From Chrysomallon squamiferum (taxonomy: Eukaryota > Animalia > Mollusca), in NCBI GenBank assembly GCA_012295275.1, contig CM022676.1:17546001-17610000 (forward strand): 64,000 nucleotides of DNA, in the 5' to 3' direction. Each line of letters starts with the position of its first letter. Position 1 is the stretch's first letter. The notes below the pieces were generated by a model. It made no database searches. It saw nothing but the letters and a program-made list of their open reading frames with translations, and was not told the DNA's origin. Of this stretch, positions 55,004-64,000 are shown in pieces. The position numbers and the translations under genes were made by a program.

Positions 55004-57055
55004 TGATATTAAAATTCTGCTTTGTTGTACGCTTTTTAATTAATCAAAGAAATCAGTTCAAAGAGAAACTCGATGTTTTTTTTATCAAGACTACAGTTAA
55101 CTCCATGCATATCCGGTCTAAAAAAATTTGTGTTTATAAATACAAAGTAGATATTGTCAAATTAAGGTAAATCTTTACGTCCAATGTATCGAACTATGAG
55201 TAAATCTTTTATCTGAAATAAATATGTGAGATACAATCATTAATAGTGGCTCGTCTTATAACTTACAGTTTTTGTATTATTTACTACTACTCAGCTACTG
55301 TACTAGTACTACCTAGTGAAGTTTCAGTTGTCAGTTATAAACAATAAACAGTTGTGTGGAGTACAATTTACTGTAATAGTTGGACAGAACTGATGTAAAT
55401 TTGTTGCTACTTGGGTTTGTTTTTATGTGTACCTAAACAAAATGTATATTAAATTGTTAATAAAGTTAAAATTAGCCATATTCTGATTTATTATTGCATG
55501 GATAATGTTAAGTTGTCATACGTTGTTTCTTTACTTCCAAGTTTGAAATGAATCCAAGGCAAATTTGACAGAAATGGCTACCATAAACAAAGCTCTAGAA
55601 TGTCATGTATCTAACTTTTTCATTCATGTATAGAGGTTCTATTACATTATAAATGTTTATCTTGTGATTCAAATAAAAAATTATACAAAATGGTTAATTT
55701 TTCCAAATTTTTATTTGATTTGTTTATTCCCTGCTATTTGTAACTGACACAAGTAGTAGTATTTCTATGCATCCTCTGACAATGGGTCAAGATTACTGAA
55801 GACCAAAGTTACCATATTCCATTTTATATTTATGTTAATTTTCATATGCTAGTATTTTTAGTATGTTTCTTGTTTTTTCTATAGAATTAGAAAAATGGAT
55901 TCAAGCCTATCAGGGAATCTGCTAGCTGTTAGTGTGTTTCTATGAGACACAATAGAAGCCTTGACTGAAAAGAACTGAGTTTAAGAAGAAAATGCCAAAC
56001 TGAAATGCATTGCTTTTGTTTAAATATTACTTTCCACACTTATGTAATTATGACTGAAGAATTTCTTAAGTGATTTATTGGTCAGATATTTTATAGGGGC
56101 AAGAATACCTAAAATGTCATTGAAGTTACAGTCCCAGATCATGTATGTATTAGTCAGTGTAAAAAATTACAAAAGTGTTTATCTGATGCACTTTATTACA
56201 TTAGTTATAAGCAGTTGTTTCTCATTTTGAATTGAAAAATATCTTATAATCTTCAGTAGATTTTTATTCATTTTCAAAACCTTGTCACACAGTTTTGTGT
56301 CACTGGTGTTACCAGAGATGAAGTCTGTGAGTTGAGAAATAGCAGTCACTCCTAATTGATCTTCCAACATGTAGATGTCAGCAAAGAAGTAATACATGCA
56401 CAAGAATGACTCTGTTTTTCTCAAATATATCAGTAAAATGAACTGATGGTTTATTCACTGTCATTAGTGTTGTTGGCATAAACCTGGGTCACTTTGTCCT
56501 CTGTGCAGATGTCAGTCTTACAATAGTTTTTATATTTAATCTTTCCGTGTCAGTCTGTTATTGAATATTGAATATTTTAATTTACACTTACTTTTTATTA
56601 CATTTATAAGAAAAATGAAAGTTAAATAGTTAACTTGTATCTATGTGAGCTCTTGTTTTATAATTAAAGCTATATTATTTTTGTATTTTCTTTATTTAAT
56701 ATTCAATGATAATTAATACCCTTCATTGACATTAAAATTGAAGAGTAAATTGCAGATATATAAACATTTTCTAACTTAAGTTAGCATCATAAACTTACAA
56801 AGCGAAAACAACACAACGCAACCTAGAAACCTTTCCACTTTAATCCAAGAATATAAATAATTTCATGTTAGAGAAACAAATCCATTTGCCTGTAAATTAT
56901 TTCAGGATTATGAATATCTTGTACAGGTAGCAGTTCTATATCTGACAGGTACAGTCTCCATGGTGACCAGTACTCTCAGGTGAAGTAAGAAAAAAGGGAG
57001 ACAATTCATCAGGTCTCATTGCAGCAGGTTTTAAGAGTGTGATATGAAACACTGG

Positions 57056-57306
57056 TTTTACAATCTTCATGCAGAAATCCAGGACATCACATACCCTCTT
57101 GTTTACATGTTCCTTCCAAACAAGTCTCAAGCTATGTACGTCTCAGTTTTTCAACTCTTGAAGCCTGAAGCCACAGATTATCTAGACTGACTTTGAGAAA
57201 GCTGTCTCCAGTGCAGCAGTGAAAGAGTTCAAGGAGATGTTTTTTCAGCAGTGCCCAAGTTCTGTGGAGGAAGATTCAGCATATTGGCCATACAAAGAAT
57301 ATTCTG
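57056..57306 (+). mobile_element. Degenerate Mutator-like (MULE) transposase fragment
   Basis: FYNLHAEIQDITYPLVYMFLPNKSQAMYVSVFQLLK / II*TDFEKAVSSAAVKEF / CFF..AQVLWRKIQHIG across frameshifts. This matches the MULE core YT+H...PLVY.LLP.K...Y...DFE.A...CxFH..Q.+WR.IQ.+G. Confidence 0.8.
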
Positions 57307-57793
57307 GTAACAGTATGTAAGATAAAGAACCACCTAGTTAAAGTTGTTAGTGTTTAGATAAAAAAATGTGTGCATTGTTACTTTACTAATCATAGTTTTC
57401 TTTCTTAATATACTAACAGATTAGTCTTGGACTTTTCATTTATATATATTCTATAAAAAGTTTCATATCTTCAGTTATTTTACACCTAATATCAAACTAC
57501 ATTACAGTACAAATTAAAAAATATAAATAAATAAATAAAATAATTATTTATTATTTATATTTACTGTTTTATTTGTTTTATGTTGATTTAATTATTCTTC
57601 TGAGGATTAAGATGTTAGATTTAACACAGTGTAGGAAAACAATATTTATTCTGGTGAAGAAACTGTTTATTAACGTTTAATATCTTTTTATTATTTATTT
57701 TTAATTTCTTTTTAATTTATTAAACATCATTTTTTAAGTTTTAGTTGTAGAGCTCATAACAGTTAATAATGAAATTATTTTTATTTACCACAG

Positions 57794-59800
57794 GGATTCT
57801 TGAAAGGAACTGGTTGATAATGGAGTTGTTGAAACTGAGTTCAAGTCTGTTTGATTTGACGTCAGCTCTAAATTCCAATCACAGACAGAACCCAGCTTGA
57901 ATCCATCCCCAGAGATGTTGCTGTGTTCTGGTGGGTTGCTTCCAGCATATTCAAGTCCACAAACAGAGTTCAGCAGCTGCAGTTGTCAGTGGTAATATTT
58001 TACTAACAGTTTTAATATGTTGATGATACACAACTGAGAAGTAAGCTACTCAGTTGCTGTTATTATAGATGAGCAACGCACATGACAACATAAACACCAG
58101 AATTTTCTCATAAATGTATTTTGTTATACATATTTTCTACTTATTTTTTTATTTTGTTGAGGTTTTAGGTTTTAAAATTATTATTTTTATTATTATGGTT
58201 GTTGTTTTTCATTTATTTATTTACTTATTTATTTAGTTTGTTGTTGTTATACTTATTAATAGTTGTTTAAATTAAGTGGAATGTATTTGAAATAAATATT
58301 TAGAATGTTAGTTTTTATTTTCAGTGTTATTACTGAAGATTGACTGTACTGAAGCAGTGCTGGAGAAAAAAGTTCATGTTTTCTCTGATCACATGAAAAC
58401 AGGTTTACTTTCTCAGCTGTTTTCATTAATACAACAGAATCAATTGACATTCATTACATGTAGGTTTTTCAGGCCCTGTGTGTAAAAACATGAACATGAA
58501 ATGATTAAAAAAAAACTTGATATGAGACACTAAATTCAAAAGATAATTGTATTCTTTTATGTATTTATTTATTTCCTTTCTTAACTACAGATATATATAG
58601 ACATATCGTTTACGTTTTCTTAGTATTTTACATATCATGTGTTGGTTCTTTTTTAATAATTAATTTTTATATTTATTTGATTATTATTTTTATTTTCACT
58701 AAAAAAAAAAAAAAAAAAAAAATCTTTTCTGCTTTTTTTTGTTCTTATATATATAAATTACTTCAGGATCATTAATATAAATAATTTGTGTTAGTTCAGA
58801 ATCCAGTGTCAGATCAGCCCAGGAGACAGTCTACTACTCTGAGCTGACAAGAAAAACAGAGGAAGAATTTCCTGTGAAACATCCAGTCAGATGTGAGAAG
58901 TCAGCCATTGATTAGAAAGTGAGTGAATTTGTTACACAGAGCTTACATTTAGATTTAGTAACTGAAATACACACATACAGTCATGTTAACATTTTAAATG
59001 TTAACTTAGTACATTAATATCAAAAATGTGAATGCTACATAGTAAAATTATTTGATCCATACTTCAAACTGGGTTTATTCAAACTTGTGCTAAAGTCAGA
59101 TGTCCCCTGTCAATACCTTAGCTAACATATAAATAATTATTTGCTTTTGTTTCGAATGAATGATAAATTTTAATTTTTTGAGTAAACTATTTTTTTCTTT
59201 TGTTTTTATTACTTTACAGGATAAACTTAGACTTGCTGACCAGAAAAAAAGCCAAACAATTAAGTCACAATCCGTCATATTTGAATCATATCTAACCTTC
59301 ATTTTAGATGTCAAATTGTATAATGAACATTAACATAGTTTATACAACTCAGAATATTATTTCATTTTAATTACAAGTTTTAATTTTTTTTTTAATTTTC
59401 TTCAGGTTCTTTTATCATGCGCTTGGTTTGAGAATGAAAGAAAACACGTGAGAAATGAAATCCTCTGATTGTAAATGATTTTTCAAGTTTACCTCCAAGT
59501 TCTTCAAGTTTCCTGATCAACCTGAACTAAGAAATGAAACATCTCAAGAACAAATATTAAGAACTTAATTCTTGGATAAAATTGAAAGCTTTTAGCAAGT
59601 TTCACACCAAAATAACATATTAAAAACATTACTTGTGTGAATCATGGACTGATCTTATTGAAGAATCTATAACATTGTGATACTGAATTTAGACTCAAAG
59701 TCACCCTGTTGTTTATGACAGATATAATCAAATGTAGACCAGTACACAGAATGTTTGTACGAGACACAGCACCAAGTACAGTCAAGTCTGTGAAAAAAAA
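57794..59800 (+). pseudogene. Further decayed exon-like blocks of unknown origin
   Basis: AG/GT-bounded GC-richer blocks at ~57794-57991, ~58800-58918, ~59220 and ~59406 with stops in otherwise protein-like frames. No recognisable domain. Confidence 0.3.
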
Positions 59801-60441
59801 ATATTAAAAGAAAAAAGGGCTAAATCTAGAAATCTTTAACTGCTGCAAATCTTACGGCTCAAGGGAGATAATTTTATTTATATATTTATTTATTGATTTA
59901 TTTTTATTTTAAAGAATAATCAACTTAATCACATAATCCAAATATAAAATAACAAAGAATATGAAAATTTCTGTTAAAGATTAAAATGAAGAAAAACAAA
60001 GTTTGTTAATAAAACATAAAGTGGAAGATGATACGTTGTTTATATATTATAAAGAAATTTTCTTAATGAATAATTTGCAGATCACATTACCACATTATAG
60101 TTGTTTCTTAATTTTTAAAAAAAAAATTTCTAACCAAATGTCTTGATAGTGTTATTTTATTTTGTTAATATATTTTTATTAACAAAACAGAAATCTTGGT
60201 ATTTTTGTGTTTTATAGCACTCAGCTCTTCAAAGGCTTATGAAACATTTTATACCATGTTTTTTTTTTTTTTTTTCAAAATTTCTAATTTAGGATTATTG
60301 TGTTTTCTGTTGTTTATTACATATTTTTGGCTAGCAGTTTCATCAGCTTGGGAGACAATTTCATCCGAGTGGAGAATAATTTTATCCACATAGTTTTGAA
60401 ATAATTGTAGAAGTAGTAGATGTAATTGTGGAGGTAGTGAT

Positions 60442-63790
<3,349 letters not shown>

Positions 63791-64000
63791 TTTTCATATA
63801 CTTTTTAAGTGTTAGATTGGTAGATAAATTTAGTTGCATGACATAGAATAATAACAATTTCTCACTTAGATTTATTACACAGCTTGTGTTTATGTTAATT
63901 TATGTTATTTCCTATTACCTGTTTTGATAACAACACCCCCAGTCATCAGTGATATCTATTTGTCCGCTGACACCCGATAGGCGTTTAACTGTAGCATTTG

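Overview
AT-rich, microsatellite-dense animal genomic DNA. It is probably molluscan, inferred from the BTBD3/6-like gene type and the SINE style. There is a 200-N scaffold gap at 18186-18385. Most ORFs in the supplied track are simple-repeat artefacts. Real content: (1) a two-exon BTB-BACK-PHR (BTBD3/6-like) gene on the minus strand (8331-~10050) with an in-frame TGA in the PHR domain and a fourfold-duplicated splice acceptor; (2) a ~4-5 kb block present in three direct copies (1-5410, 14240-17990, 60442-63790); (3) the dominant structure, a ~25 kb imperfect palindrome (arms ~30117-40904 and ~43569-54907, ~2.7 kb spacer). Each arm carries a CpG-retaining head-to-head promoter between an intron-containing methionyl-tRNA synthetase (MARS1) pseudogene pointing outward and an unidentified decayed multi-exon gene pointing inward; (4) transposon relics (Sola2-like and MULE transposase fragments, LINE RNase H fragment, tRNA-derived SINE, a hAT-type MITE with 8-bp TSD); (5) many locally born minisatellites (18-128 bp units). 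All alignments and homology calls were made by eye and from memory of the protein families; no database searches were run.
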